NCBI GenBank assembly: GCA_947625115.1
Contig: CANQND010000002.1
Location: 3,692-67,691, forward strand
DNA length: 64,000 bases
Reading direction: 5' to 3'
DNA from: an uncultured Clostridia bacterium
Lineage (GTDB): Bacteria; Bacillota; Clostridia; Christensenellales; CAG-314
Shown here in pieces: positions 1-8,633 of this stretch. Position numbers and translations under genes: made by a program. The first letter of the stretch is position 1; each line of letters opens with the position of its first letter. The notes under the pieces were generated by a model. That model did not search any database and was not told where the DNA came from. It saw only the letters and a list, made by a program, of their open reading frames with translations.

Positions 1-396
1 CACCGACGCCACGTAAAACACCGTTTCGCTGCTGCCCATAATGACGGAAGCGCACCTGCCGACGTAGCTATCCACACCGTAGGCGTTGTACACGTCGGTG
101 AGTATCGCCAAACTGCCGCTTCCGCTGAACGGACGCAAAAGCACCAACTGCACCACTTCGCGCGGTATGCCGATACACTCAAAGGGCGGGGCAAGCAATT
201 TGGTTATCCACACGTCCGCGCCGCTTGCGTGCAGAACGTTTACCATAATGAAAATTGCCGCAAGATAGGGGAAAACGGACAGGGACAGATTGAAAGACTT
301 GCGCGCGCCCAACACAAACGAATCGTAGACGTTTACGCGCTTGCACAACCCCGTAACGAGGACGGCAACAAGCAAAAGAGGGACTACGTAGTTCAT
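1..396 (-). CDS. spmB: spore maturation protein B (SpmB-like), N-terminal 132 codons; 3' end runs off the window
   Basis: Not in the ORF track because it is open at the window edge. Manual minus-strand translation from ATG at 396 gives MNYVVPLLLVAVLVTGLCKRVNVYDSFVLGARKSFNLSLSVFPYLAAIFIMVNVLHASGADVWITKLLAPPFECIGIPREVVQLVLLRPFSGSGSLAILTDVYNAYGVDSYVGRCASVIMGSSETVFYVASV. There is no stop through base 1. It is a Gate/nucleoside-recognition type membrane protein. ATGA overlap with the spmA stop. Confidence 0.75.
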   Translation of the reverse strand, partial: MNYVVPLLLVAVLVTGLCKRVNVYDSFVLGARKSFNLSLSVFPYLAAIFIMVNVLHASGADVWITKLLAPPFECIGIPREVVQLVLLRPFSGSGSLAILTDVYNAYGVDSYVGRCASVIMGSSETVFYVASV

Positions 397-947
397 TTTG
401 CTCTGCCGTAGGCGCAAAACACCAACGCCACGCCCACAACGGACGTAAACGCCGTGGCAATCAAATTGGGCAACAAAATATCCGACGGATTGGCGGAACC
501 GAGAGAGGCGCGCAAACCTATCACGGTAGCGGGAATGAGCTGTACGCTTGTGGCGTTTACCACAAAAAGCATTGCTCCCGTGCGCGAAAGCGTATCGCCG
601 CGTTCGGTTTCCTTTATCGCCGCAATTGCCGACGGAGTTGCGGCGTTGCCCACACCCAACATATTGGACGCCAAATTGAGAGAAATGTACCTCTCCGCCG
701 CTTGGGAAACGTTGCCGTACAAAAACTTGTTCAAACGGTGAAAACACGCGGACAAGCCCTCTACCAACTTGCACCGCTCTGCCACTTCAAAAATGCCCAA
801 CCACAAACAGTAAACGCCGCACAACCCCAACGCCGCGCTTACCGCTTGCGAACAGCTGTCCACGCACACCGAAAGCACGCTTTGCGGCTCGATGAACGTC
901 AACGCGGCAAGCGCGGTTGCCGTTACCACCGTCCATACGATATTCAT
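393..947 (-). CDS. spmA: spore maturation protein A (SpmA-like, nucleoside-recognition/Gate domain membrane protein)
   Basis: ORF 393..971, trimmed to ATG at 947 (MNIVWTVVTATALAAL..., which resembles the typical SpmA N-terminus). Hydrophobic. 'NMLGVGNAATPSAIAAIKE' is a Gate-domain-like motif. Immediately followed by spmB. Confidence 0.7.
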   Translation of the reverse strand: MNIVWTVVTATALAALTFIEPQSVLSVCVDSCSQAVSAALGLCGVYCLWLGIFEVAERCKLVEGLSACFHRLNKFLYGNVSQAAERYISLNLASNMLGVGNAATPSAIAAIKETERGDTLSRTGAMLFVVNATSVQLIPATVIGLRASLGSANPSDILLPNLIATAFTSVVGVALVFCAYGRAK

Positions 948-1045
948 TTGCCGCCGCACCCTGTCATACAAGTAGTTTATTGCGCGGTTTCGGCAAGTAT
1001 TCGACGGCTTTGAAAACGTTTTGCGCGGTCAATAGACTGTTTTTG

Positions 1046-1074
1046 TTTACAAATATCTCAAAAACATTTATAAT
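1046..1074 (+). promoter_or_regulatory. sigma-A type promoter for metG
   Basis: TTTACA (1046-1051), 17-nt spacer, TATAAT (1069-1074), about 68 nt upstream of the metG ATG. Confidence 0.55.
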
Positions 1075-1141
1075 ATACGCGACAAAACACCGCTTCGCCC
1101 GAGCAAACAAACGCGGACGGCGGAAAAATTCGGAGAGAAAT

Positions 1142-3061
1142 ATGAGCAAACCTACCTACTACATCACCACGCCCATCTATTACAGCAGCGGCAAACTGCA
1201 CATCGGACACTGTTATACCACCGTGATTTGCGACGCGATTGCGCGGTTCAAGCGAATGGACGGCTACGACGTGTTTTACCTGACGGGTACCGACGAACAC
1301 GGACAAAAGGTACAGCAAAAAGCGGAAGCCGCGGGCGTAACTCCCAAACAGTTTGTGGACAATCTGCACGAACAAATCGTCAAGCTGTGGAAAGTGCTGA
1401 ACATAAGCTACGACAAATTTATCCGCACCACCGACGACTATCACGAAAAAGCAGTACAAAAAATTTACGAAAAACTGCTTGCCTCGGGAGATATTTACAA
1501 ATCTACCTACGAGGGTTGGTACTGCACTCCTTGCGAAAGTTTTTGGACGGAAAGTCAGCTTGTAGAGAGCAAATGCCCCGATTGCGGCAGAGAAGTAAGA
1601 CTGCAAAAGGAAGAAAGTTACTTCTTTAAGTTGAGCAAGTACAGCGACAGACTTATCGAATTTTACAAGGAAAACCCCGATTTTATCAGCCCCAAGTCGC
1701 GTATGAACGAAATGATAAACAACTTTATCAAGCCGGGGCTAAAAGACCTTTGCATTTCGCGTACCACATTCGATTGGGGCGTAAAACTGCCATTCGACCC
1801 AAAACACGTGGCGTACGTGTGGGTGGACGCTCTTGCCAACTACATAACCGCGCTGGGTTACTTGCAGAACGATCACTCCCTTTACGACAAGTTTTGGCCC
1901 GCCGATTTGCATATGGTAGGCAAGGAAATTGTACGTTTTCACACCATAATATGGCCCGCGCTGTTAATGGCGTTGGGGTTGCCTCTGCCCAAAAAAGTGT
2001 ACGGACACGGTTGGGTGCTGTTCGGCAACGACAAAATGAGCAAATCCAAAGGCAACGTTGTGGACCCGATTGTGCTTGCCGACCGCTACGGCGCGGACGT
2101 TGTGCGCTACTACCTGTTGAGGGAAATTCCTTTCGGCAGCGACGGCAGTTACACAAACGAGGCGTTGCTCGTGCGCACCAACGCCGATTTGGTAAACGAC
2201 CTCGGCAACTTGGTCAGCCGCACCACCGCAATGATAACGCAGTACTTCGGCGGAGAAATACCCGCGCCCGACGCCTACACGGAGTTGGACAAAGAGCTTG
2301 TCGCCCTGTGCGAGGGCGCGCTTGACAAGGTGCGCGCGGATATGGACGCGCTTTCCGCACCCGACGCGCTTGCGGACATATTCAAAATCATTCAACGCGC
2401 CAACAAGTACATAGACGAAACAATGCCGTGGACTCTCAACAAAAACGGCGACAAAGCGCGGCTTGGCACGGTAATGTACGTGCTTGCCGAGTGCATACGC
2501 TTTTCAGCCACGTTGCTTTCTCCCTTTGTACCGCACACCGCCGAAAGAATTTTCGACAAATTGGGGTTGGATAAACCCAACGACTTTTCGGGCTTGGCGC
2601 GCTTCGGCGGGATAGGTAAAGGCGTAACGGTACACAAAGGCGACAACCTGTTCAACCGCATAGACGTGGACAAGGAACTGAAAGAATTGGACAAATTGGC
2701 GGAACAAACAAACGTTGAAGAAACAGAACCTCAAACGCCGCAAATATCGATAGAGGACTTTGCCAAAGTCAAATTGGTAACGGCAAAAGTACTTTCCTGC
2801 GAAAAGGTGGCAAAAAGCGACAAACTGCTTGTTTTCAAATTGCAAGTAGGCGATGAAGTGCGCCAAGTGGTAAGCGGGATCGCGCAGTACTACGCGCCCG
2901 AATATATGGTGGGCAAAACGGTTGTGTTGGTTGCCAACCTCAAACCCGCCAAGATACGCGGCGTGGAAAGCAACGGTATGATACTGTGCGCCGCCGACGG
3001 CAAAAAAGTTGTGTTTGTTACGCCCGAAGCGGAAATCGACAGCGGCAAGGAAGTAAGATGA
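1142..3061 (+). CDS. metG: methionyl-tRNA synthetase with C-terminal tRNA-binding (EMAP/Trbp111-like) domain
   Basis: ORF 917..3061, trimmed to ATG 1142 (MSKPTYYITTPIYY). Class I motifs 'KLHIGHCYT' (HIGH) and 'DKMSKSKGN' (KMSKS). CxxC...CxxC knuckle 'CTPCESF...CPDCG'. C-terminal 'KVKLVTAKVLSCEKVAKSDKLLVFKLQVGDE' is an OB tRNA-binding domain. Confidence 0.95.
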   Translation: MSKPTYYITTPIYYSSGKLHIGHCYTTVICDAIARFKRMDGYDVFYLTGTDEHGQKVQQKAEAAGVTPKQFVDNLHEQIVKLWKVLNISYDKFIRTTDDYHEKAVQKIYEKLLASGDIYKSTYEGWYCTPCESFWTESQLVESKCPDCGREVRLQKEESYFFKLSKYSDRLIEFYKENPDFISPKSRMNEMINNFIKPGLKDLCISRTTFDWGVKLPFDPKHVAYVWVDALANYITALGYLQNDHSLYDKFWPADLHMVGKEIVRFHTIIWPALLMALGLPLPKKVYGHGWVLFGNDKMSKSKGNVVDPIVLADRYGADVVRYYLLREIPFGSDGSYTNEALLVRTNADLVNDLGNLVSRTTAMITQYFGGEIPAPDAYTELDKELVALCEGALDKVRADMDALSAPDALADIFKIIQRANKYIDETMPWTLNKNGDKARLGTVMYVLAECIRFSATLLSPFVPHTAERIFDKLGLDKPNDFSGLARFGGIGKGVTVHKGDNLFNRIDVDKELKELDKLAEQTNVEETEPQTPQISIEDFAKVKLVTAKVLSCEKVAKSDKLLVFKLQVGDEVRQVVSGIAQYYAPEYMVGKTVVLVANLKPAKIRGVESNGMILCAADGKKVVFVTPEAEIDSGKEVR

Positions 3062-3846
3062 CGGACACTCATTTGCACCTCGACGACCCCAAACTGTACG
3101 AAAACGCCGAACAAATAGTTGCGGAATGTAAGCAAAGGGGCATTGACCCCCTCATCAACAACAGTTGCGATTTCGATTCTATGCAAAAAAGCGTTCTGCT
3201 TGCGGAACGCTTTGATTGCGTTTTCGCCACCGTCGGTATGCACCCGCACGACAGCAAAAATTTCGACGGCGAATTTATCGCAAAAATGACGGAGTACGCC
3301 GCTCTTCCCAAAGTTGTAGCCGTGGGCGAAATAGGTTTGGACTACTACTACGACCTGTCGGACAGAGCCGTGCAACGGGACGTGTTCGCCCAACAGATAG
3401 AGCTTGCGGACAAATTCGGTTTGCCGTTGACTTTGCACGTGAGGGACGCTTACGGCGACGCGTGGGATATACTCCGCGCACAAAAACGTCACCTGAACAA
3501 CGGCGTACTGTGGCATTGTTACAGCGGCAGTGCGGAATTTGCCCGTCAAGCCGTAAAAGAGGGACACTACTTTGCTTTCGGCGGAGCGATCACTTTCAAA
3601 AATGCCCGCAAAGAGGACGTTATCGCGCAAATACCCATCGACAGAGTTCTCTCCGAAACGGACAGCCCGTATATGTCGCCCGAGCCGTTGCGCGGACGGG
3701 TAAACTCTCCGCTCAACATTCCTTTGATAGTGACGAAACTCGCCGCGCTGTACGGCGTTGACGTAGCCGAGGCGGAACGCGCTATCGCCCAAAACACGCT
3801 GAAATTTTTCCCGAAAATATCGCTATACCGCCAAACCGCCGACTGA
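3058..3846 (+). CDS. tatD: TatD-family metal-dependent hydrolase/DNase
   Basis: ORF 2986..3846, trimmed to ATG 3058 (ATGA overlap with the metG stop). Motifs 'THLHLDD', 'VGEIGLDYYY', 'LHVRDA', 'ETDSPYM'. The metG-tatD linkage is conserved in Firmicutes. Confidence 0.9.
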   Translation: MTDTHLHLDDPKLYENAEQIVAECKQRGIDPLINNSCDFDSMQKSVLLAERFDCVFATVGMHPHDSKNFDGEFIAKMTEYAALPKVVAVGEIGLDYYYDLSDRAVQRDVFAQQIELADKFGLPLTLHVRDAYGDAWDILRAQKRHLNNGVLWHCYSGSAEFARQAVKEGHYFAFGGAITFKNARKEDVIAQIPIDRVLSETDSPYMSPEPLRGRVNSPLNIPLIVTKLAALYGVDVAEAERAIAQNTLKFFPKISLYRQTAD

Positions 3847-3853
3847 ACCTGCT

Positions 3854-4480
3854 ATGGATGTCAACTACGACAAAGAATTTGAAAAGATAAAAGCGCGAAT
3901 TGACCGCGAAAATCCGCCCAAACTGCTGTTGCACGTGTGCTGTGCGCCTTGCGCCACCGCGTGTCTTTTGCGATTGGCGGACAGTTTCGATATTACCCTG
4001 TACTACGCAAACGATAACATTATGCCTCGCGAAGAGTGGCAAAAACGTTTGGACGAAGTACAAAAACTTACCGAAACGGTAAACGGCGGACTATTTGAAA
4101 CGCAACCATTACGACCGCTTGACTTAGTTGTGCAACCGCTCGATACGGAAAGGTTCCTGACTGCGGCAAACGGTTTGGAAAAGGAAAAAGAGGGCGGCGC
4201 GCGTTGCGCCAAATGCTTTGAATTGCGACTCGGCGACGCAAGAAACTTTGCGTTGCAACACGGGTTCGATATGTTCGCCACCACGCTCACCGTTTCGCCC
4301 TACAAAAACAGCCGCTTGCTAAACGAAATAGGCTTGTCCTTGCAAACCCCCGCGCTGAGGTGGCTGCCGAGCGACTTCAAAAAGCATAACGGCTACAACG
4401 AAAGTATCAGGCTGAGCGCAAAATACGGACTGTACAGACAGCACTACTGCGGCTGCGCTTTCGGCAGAACGGAAATGTAG
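3854..4480 (+). CDS. queH: epoxyqueuosine reductase QueH (DUF208)
   Basis: 208-aa ORF with the hallmark 'LLLHVCCAPCA' motif and the C-terminal 'YRQHYCGCAF' motif of the QueH family. Confidence 0.8.
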   Translation: MDVNYDKEFEKIKARIDRENPPKLLLHVCCAPCATACLLRLADSFDITLYYANDNIMPREEWQKRLDEVQKLTETVNGGLFETQPLRPLDLVVQPLDTERFLTAANGLEKEKEGGARCAKCFELRLGDARNFALQHGFDMFATTLTVSPYKNSRLLNEIGLSLQTPALRWLPSDFKKHNGYNESIRLSAKYGLYRQHYCGCAFGRTEM

Positions 4481-4525
4481 TTGATTGCTAAACTAAGCAA
4501 TGTGTTGCGATTACCGCTAAAAAGC

Positions 4526-4556
4526 AATTCCCTTGTGTTGAACAGAGGGAATTTTT
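4526..4556 (+). terminator. rho-independent terminator after queH
   Basis: Stem AATTCCCT (4526-4533) pairs with AGGGAATT (4546-4553). The right arm runs into a T-run (4552-4556). Located 46 nt after the queH stop. Confidence 0.7.
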
Positions 4557-4565
4557 GCAATATAT

Positions 4566-5220
4566 AGCTTGCTTTTCAAGTCGAAACTCATCAGTCACCT
4601 AACGGTGCCGACTGCGTTGGGGCATTAGAAAAGCCTCAACTTGCCCGCGCTGGTTTCAGGTAGACTACTTGCTTTTCAGGTCGAAACTCATCAGTCACCT
4701 ATCGGTGCCAGCTTCTCTTGCGTCGTCAAGAGAAGCCTTATATGCGGTTGCAAACTTGCTCCCTACGGACAAGGGTGGGCGGTCAGTGAGAGGAACGGCG
4801 GAAAAAGGTCGGTTGCATATATTCCTCTTCCACCGCCTAACGGCGGTCCCCCTTCCCCGTAACGGCGTTGCCGTGACGGGGACGGTTTATTTGGGGAACA
4901 CGCCTTGCGGCGGCTCCTCTTCCCACGCAAGTATTAGTGTACTTGCGCGGGGACCCATTTTGCTCGCCGACGGGGACGGTTATTTAGCAGTTGGCAACTT
5001 ATTTCGGTAGTCGAAACTCATCAGTCACCTATCGGTGACAGCTTCTCTTGCGTCCCCAAGAGAAGCCCTATAAGCGGTTGCAGATTTACTACCTGCGGGA
5101 ACGTATGCTTTGCGTGGCGCGCTCTTTTGTCGTCAAGAGAAGCCTTATAAGCGGTTACGACCTATTACCTGCGGAACGTTTGTTTTGCGTGGCGCGTTCT
5201 TTTGTTATAAAGGGAGGTCT
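4566..5220. repeat. non-coding cluster of imperfect direct repeats with embedded hairpins
   Basis: The 21-mer GTCGAAACTCATCAGTCACCT occurs three times (4580-4600, 4680-4700, 5010-5030). The second and third copies are followed by AGCTTCTCTTGCGTC..CAAGAGAAGCC, which contains the inverted repeat TCTCTTG-N6-CAAGAGA. A 75-79 bp unit is tandemly repeated about 2.2 times at 5044-5215. GACGGGGACGGTT(T)ATTT occurs twice (about 4876 and 4969). Confidence 0.8.
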
Positions 5221-5260
5221 TTTTAAGTAACTTTCGGCGGGGGGGGGTAGACAAGCGCGC

Positions 5261-5292
5261 AAAAAAGGAACGCACAGATTGGCGTTCCTTTT
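5261..5292 (-). terminator. rho-independent terminator of the 5381..8044 lipoprotein gene/operon
   Basis: Minus-strand hairpin AAAGGAACGC-loop-GCGTTCCTTT followed by TTTTTT (complement of the A-run at 5261-5266). About 90 nt after the stop at 5381. Confidence 0.7.
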
Positions 5293-5380
5293 CTTATGCT
5301 CGGTGAATTGCAATTTCAATGCGTTAATTCACCTTGTTAGTTCGTTTTGCGCCCGTCAAATGAGGCGGGTTGCACAACCG

Positions 5381-8044
5381 TTACGCTGCGGTATAATCGC
5401 CGATTTGCAAAATTACCGCGAAGTAGGGCGCGTTGGGGAGGTTTTCTTGTCCCGAACCGGCAGAGAGATACAGGCAAGCAATATCGCTTTGTTCTTGTTG
5501 CCACTTGGCAATATCCTCAGGACCGAACGCAGCTGCCGACTTAATCTGACTTGCATATGGTTCATCTTTTACAGACAAACTTAGCAAGAAGTTCAACTTC
5601 CCGTTATATGCGTCAAGAGCGGGAATGCCCGTGCCATTCGTAAAGGTCGAGGTGTTGTACAAACTTCTTCCGTCAGAAAGCAAGTCGACTTGACCGCACT
5701 TGATATATATCGGGAACAGTGCCGCATTGCCACCGACTGCGGGACGAATTTGATTGAGTACGTCGTTGTGCATTGCGAATTTGTTGACAACTTCGCCCTC
5801 GTCGTCCGTTTGCGTGAACACTCCGCGAACGTCAAGTTTACGTCCGCCGTCAAGGGCTTTACCTGTTAACAAAGAACCCGGTTCGCAAATCATTACCGAG
5901 ATGACGTTTACATAGCTATTGCCGCCGCCGGGGTTATCGGGGTTGCCGAACGTAAGCGTTTTGCCTACGTATGTTTGCAATGCTCCGTTAATCGCGCCCG
6001 TGATATTTTCAAACAACGGAGTAGCACTGTACATTTTGTACCAACTTTCCTGTCCCGTTGCAAACGCCTGCAATACGCTCTTGGTATCGACGGTTATGGA
6101 CGGACCGCCCTCGTCGCTGGTGTTCGGGTTAGTACTCGGTACGTCATCGTGATCGGCGTCCGTCAAAATGAACAGAGGTCCGCCCGAACCGACAAGTTCG
6201 CTGTTGGAGATATTGACGTGTCCGCGCCAAGCGTAGCTCATATTGGAGTAGGAGTTGTACGCCTTGGTATTTTCGATATAGATATCGGTGCGTTCCAAAT
6301 CGCAATTATCGTGATCTTCGCCCGTTACTATTTTGCGAGTTTCTTTGTTTACCCAAAAACCGCTCGTAGCGTAGTTGTCGTGAATAAAGTTGCTGAAAAG
6401 TTGGTCCGCGTTTACGTTGTCATAGTGCATTTGCCAAGCAAACACGGTAGACATCATTATACCTGCGGGTATAACAGAATCTTCGCCCTCGTCAGGATTG
6501 TTTATGTTGGGGTTGTTGCCTTTCATAGCGATGTTTTTGAGAGTGTACTCGCCAAGGTCGGAACCGTCCAACATAGGTTGATAGAACAGGAACACGCTCC
6601 AATTGGATATGGGGTTTTTGGCAGTTGTGTAATCATCCCAATCGACATATTCAAGCAAAATTCTGCCGTGAGCGGATCTGTTTTGACGCTCGGTGTAGGT
6701 TACGCTTTGGTAGTTGCCGCTGACGCTTGTGGTGCTTGTGCAGAACAAGCCCTTTGCCATATTGTAACCGATTCCCGTGGTTACGCCTACGTTACCGCTG
6801 ATTTGAACGCCGTTGTAGTCTACAAGATTAGTATCCATAACGCGCGCATAGTTTTCATTGGAGCCGTGACCGCTGTTGTCGCCGCTGCGGAGTGTTCCCG
6901 CAAGCGTTTGTTGCGACTTAGAGAAACCTGCAAGGCTGGATCTCGCCTCGTTAAACAGCACGTTGTTTTCCGTTCCCTCAACGTCGGACCAGAAGTACAG
7001 AGAGGGCATTTGATCGGGATCGAGTTGGATACTGTTGTGCAGAATTACCCACTTGATATTGCCTACGTAGTTGCAGAGAGGCTGATCGTCCGCTTCCAAC
7101 TTGACCGCGTCCTCGTTGGGGGTGACGGTGGTTGTGTGCGCATTGAGATCGGCAGAGTAGGTGCTGTGCCAGATTTCCGACCAAAATCTCTTTTGCAAGT
7201 CTGCCATAACAGACAAGCCGATTTGATCGTAGACATTGTAGCCGCCGTCAACGATAAACGCTTCCACTACCAGAGTGCCGTCATCTTCATTCAGATTGTC
7301 GACGTTGTAGCCCTCGGCGGGAGAAATTTCCAACTTGACATACTTGCCTGCGGCGTCCTCGGAGAACTTGTAGGTGTTGTCCTCGATGGTAACAAAGGAG
7401 GTCAACGCTTCGTCTTTAAGTTCCTTATAACTGCCCTCTTTGGTTTCCTTTACAAACACTTTGGCAACGGTTTTGATATTGTCGATAAATGCCGTGTTGC
7501 CAGCGGCGGTACTGTCGTACACAGTGGCGCGCACGCGGAAGATGAACTTGTTGACGTTGCCGATCTCGTAGATCTCGCCCGTCTTGCGGAAATCGCCGCG
7601 TTGTTCCTCTGTGCCCTCTTCACGGGGTGCGGATCTTGTGAGATAGTCGGTATAGCCTTGGGGGGCACGCAAACTCGTCAACGGTCTTTTTTCTGTGACG
7701 TCGCTACTACCGCCCGTACCGACCGTAACATCTACGGTATCCGTCTTTCCCTCGTAAGAAAGGGAGTAGCTTGTGTTGCCCGCTTTTGTCAAATCGGCGC
7801 GAGCAAGAGTTGCGCCTTTCGCTACGAGTTCCGCAACGGTTTTGGTTTCGGTGTGGTTATCGGAATAAGTTACTTTGACTTGCAAATTGTCGTAGTCGAT
7901 TGTCGCGCCAACCTCGTAAGTACGAACGGGGGCAACGAACTCAATTGCTGTCACCGTTACTTTGTCGTTGCAACTTGCAAGCACGGGGAGTGCGATGGCA
8001 AGTACAATGGCAAGAACGATAACAAGTGATAATCTCTTCTTCAT
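5381..8044 (-). CDS. large lipoprotein (887 aa), N-terminal Ig-like region, function unknown
   Basis: N-terminus MKKRLSLVIVLAIVLAIALPVLASC is a signal peptide plus lipobox (LASC). RBS AAAGGAGA just upstream. N-terminal Ig-like segment ('VTVTAIEFVAP...YDNLQVKVTYSD'). The rest is Asn/Gly/Thr-rich, possibly beta-helix (not verified). Last gene of the 12616->5381 operon. Confidence 0.6.
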   Translation of the reverse strand: MKKRLSLVIVLAIVLAIALPVLASCNDKVTVTAIEFVAPVRTYEVGATIDYDNLQVKVTYSDNHTETKTVAELVAKGATLARADLTKAGNTSYSLSYEGKTDTVDVTVGTGGSSDVTEKRPLTSLRAPQGYTDYLTRSAPREEGTEEQRGDFRKTGEIYEIGNVNKFIFRVRATVYDSTAAGNTAFIDNIKTVAKVFVKETKEGSYKELKDEALTSFVTIEDNTYKFSEDAAGKYVKLEISPAEGYNVDNLNEDDGTLVVEAFIVDGGYNVYDQIGLSVMADLQKRFWSEIWHSTYSADLNAHTTTVTPNEDAVKLEADDQPLCNYVGNIKWVILHNSIQLDPDQMPSLYFWSDVEGTENNVLFNEARSSLAGFSKSQQTLAGTLRSGDNSGHGSNENYARVMDTNLVDYNGVQISGNVGVTTGIGYNMAKGLFCTSTTSVSGNYQSVTYTERQNRSAHGRILLEYVDWDDYTTAKNPISNWSVFLFYQPMLDGSDLGEYTLKNIAMKGNNPNINNPDEGEDSVIPAGIMMSTVFAWQMHYDNVNADQLFSNFIHDNYATSGFWVNKETRKIVTGEDHDNCDLERTDIYIENTKAYNSYSNMSYAWRGHVNISNSELVGSGGPLFILTDADHDDVPSTNPNTSDEGGPSITVDTKSVLQAFATGQESWYKMYSATPLFENITGAINGALQTYVGKTLTFGNPDNPGGGNSYVNVISVMICEPGSLLTGKALDGGRKLDVRGVFTQTDDEGEVVNKFAMHNDVLNQIRPAVGGNAALFPIYIKCGQVDLLSDGRSLYNTSTFTNGTGIPALDAYNGKLNFLLSLSVKDEPYASQIKSAAAFGPEDIAKWQQEQSDIACLYLSAGSGQENLPNAPYFAVILQIGDYTAA

Positions 8045-8126
8045 TTTGCTTGTTTCTTTCTCCTTTTTTTGATTTTTTATTTATGTCGAAACGAAAGTCT
8101 TGGGGACTTTACGTTGTTGTCAGTTA

Positions 8127-8630
8127 CTACTCCCAATTTCCCACGTACAACCATATATCCGCAACCGCGCCCGTTGCCGAGTCGTTGGAGGAATATCTGA
8201 GGTGTACGTTGCCTTTCCGCAAAAACACAAGCGGGTCGGTGCGACCTGCCGCGCCATTGCTCGTCAACGGTTTACATGCGGGTTTGGCGGGTTCGACAAT
8301 GGTTACGGTGACGGTTTTGTTTGTGGCGTCTTTCGGGAAATAGTCCCAAGCGATAGTCACTTCAAATTCTTCCACTTCCGTGATGTTGCCGTTTTCGTCC
8401 TGTTCCTGAACCTTTTTGGGGTTGTAGTTGATATAAGCGCGGTACTCCTTTTCTACTTCGTCGTAGGTGACGGAAACTTCCTGCCTGTCGCTTGTGATAA
8501 TGCCGGTAATTTCTATTTTGTCCATATAGATAATCTTTTCAAACGGTACGGCTTGCATACCGAAAATGCCCACTATCAACACGGAACCGAGAAATACCAC
8601 CAACAAAATTATTACAGTCGATTTTTTCAT
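8127..8630 (-). CDS. small N-terminally anchored extracytoplasmic protein (167 aa), unknown function
   Basis: MKKSTVIILLVVFLGSVLIVGIFG is a signal anchor. The start lies 3 nt after the upstream permease stop. No recognisable motif. Confidence 0.5.
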   Translation of the reverse strand: MKKSTVIILLVVFLGSVLIVGIFGMQAVPFEKIIYMDKIEITGIITSDRQEVSVTYDEVEKEYRAYINYNPKKVQEQDENGNITEVEEFEVTIAWDYFPKDATNKTVTVTIVEPAKPACKPLTSNGAAGRTDPLVFLRKGNVHLRYSSNDSATGAVADIWLYVGNWE

Positions 8631-8633
8631 AGC

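Noticed and set aside
179-460. 93-aa minus-strand ORF, and the small plus-strand ORFs at 86..268 and 229..411.
   Set aside because: They are out of frame with, and fully overlapped by, the well-supported spmB reading frame (ATG 396, open to the window edge). Their translations are Arg/Pro/Cys-rich without motifs.
972-1141. T-box leader or other riboswitch upstream of metG.
   Set aside because: The predicted promoter (1046-1074) leaves only about 65 nt of 5' UTR. No specifier/antiterminator architecture or T-box sequence was recognised, and the UTR is too short for a T-box.
917-1141. 75-aa N-terminal extension of MetRS implied by the ORF track. Analogous extensions are implied for TatD (2986), Ung (20828), TldD (20974), the MsmK-type ATPase (51793) and the ABC fusion (12745).
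   Set aside because: The extensions are Arg/Cys-rich nonsense and overlap upstream genes or promoters. Canonical N-termini with good RBSs exist at the internal ATGs used in the feature table.
4566-5220. Possible CRISPR array, given the repeated 21-28 nt sequence.
   Set aside because: The repeat spacings are irregular (100 and 330 bp). The intervening 'spacers' are themselves repeated or duplicated. Only three copies exist. No cas genes or leader are present in the window.
5239-5247. G9 homopolymer tract as a phase-variation switch.
   Set aside because: It lies downstream of two convergent genes, outside any ORF or promoter, so slippage would have no obvious regulatory target.
5975-8029. 684-aa plus-strand ORF. 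Similar long antisense ORFs occur at 20893..22359 (488 aa), 26581..28908 (775 aa), 39227..40606 (459 aa), 46075..47361 (428 aa), 49016..50434 (472 aa) and 51933..53129 (398 aa).
   Set aside because: Each lies entirely antisense to a gene with clear family motifs, a signal peptide or an RBS. Their translations are low-complexity (V/R/A/G/F-rich) with no motifs and no RBS. They are typical shadow ORFs produced by codon bias on the opposite strand.
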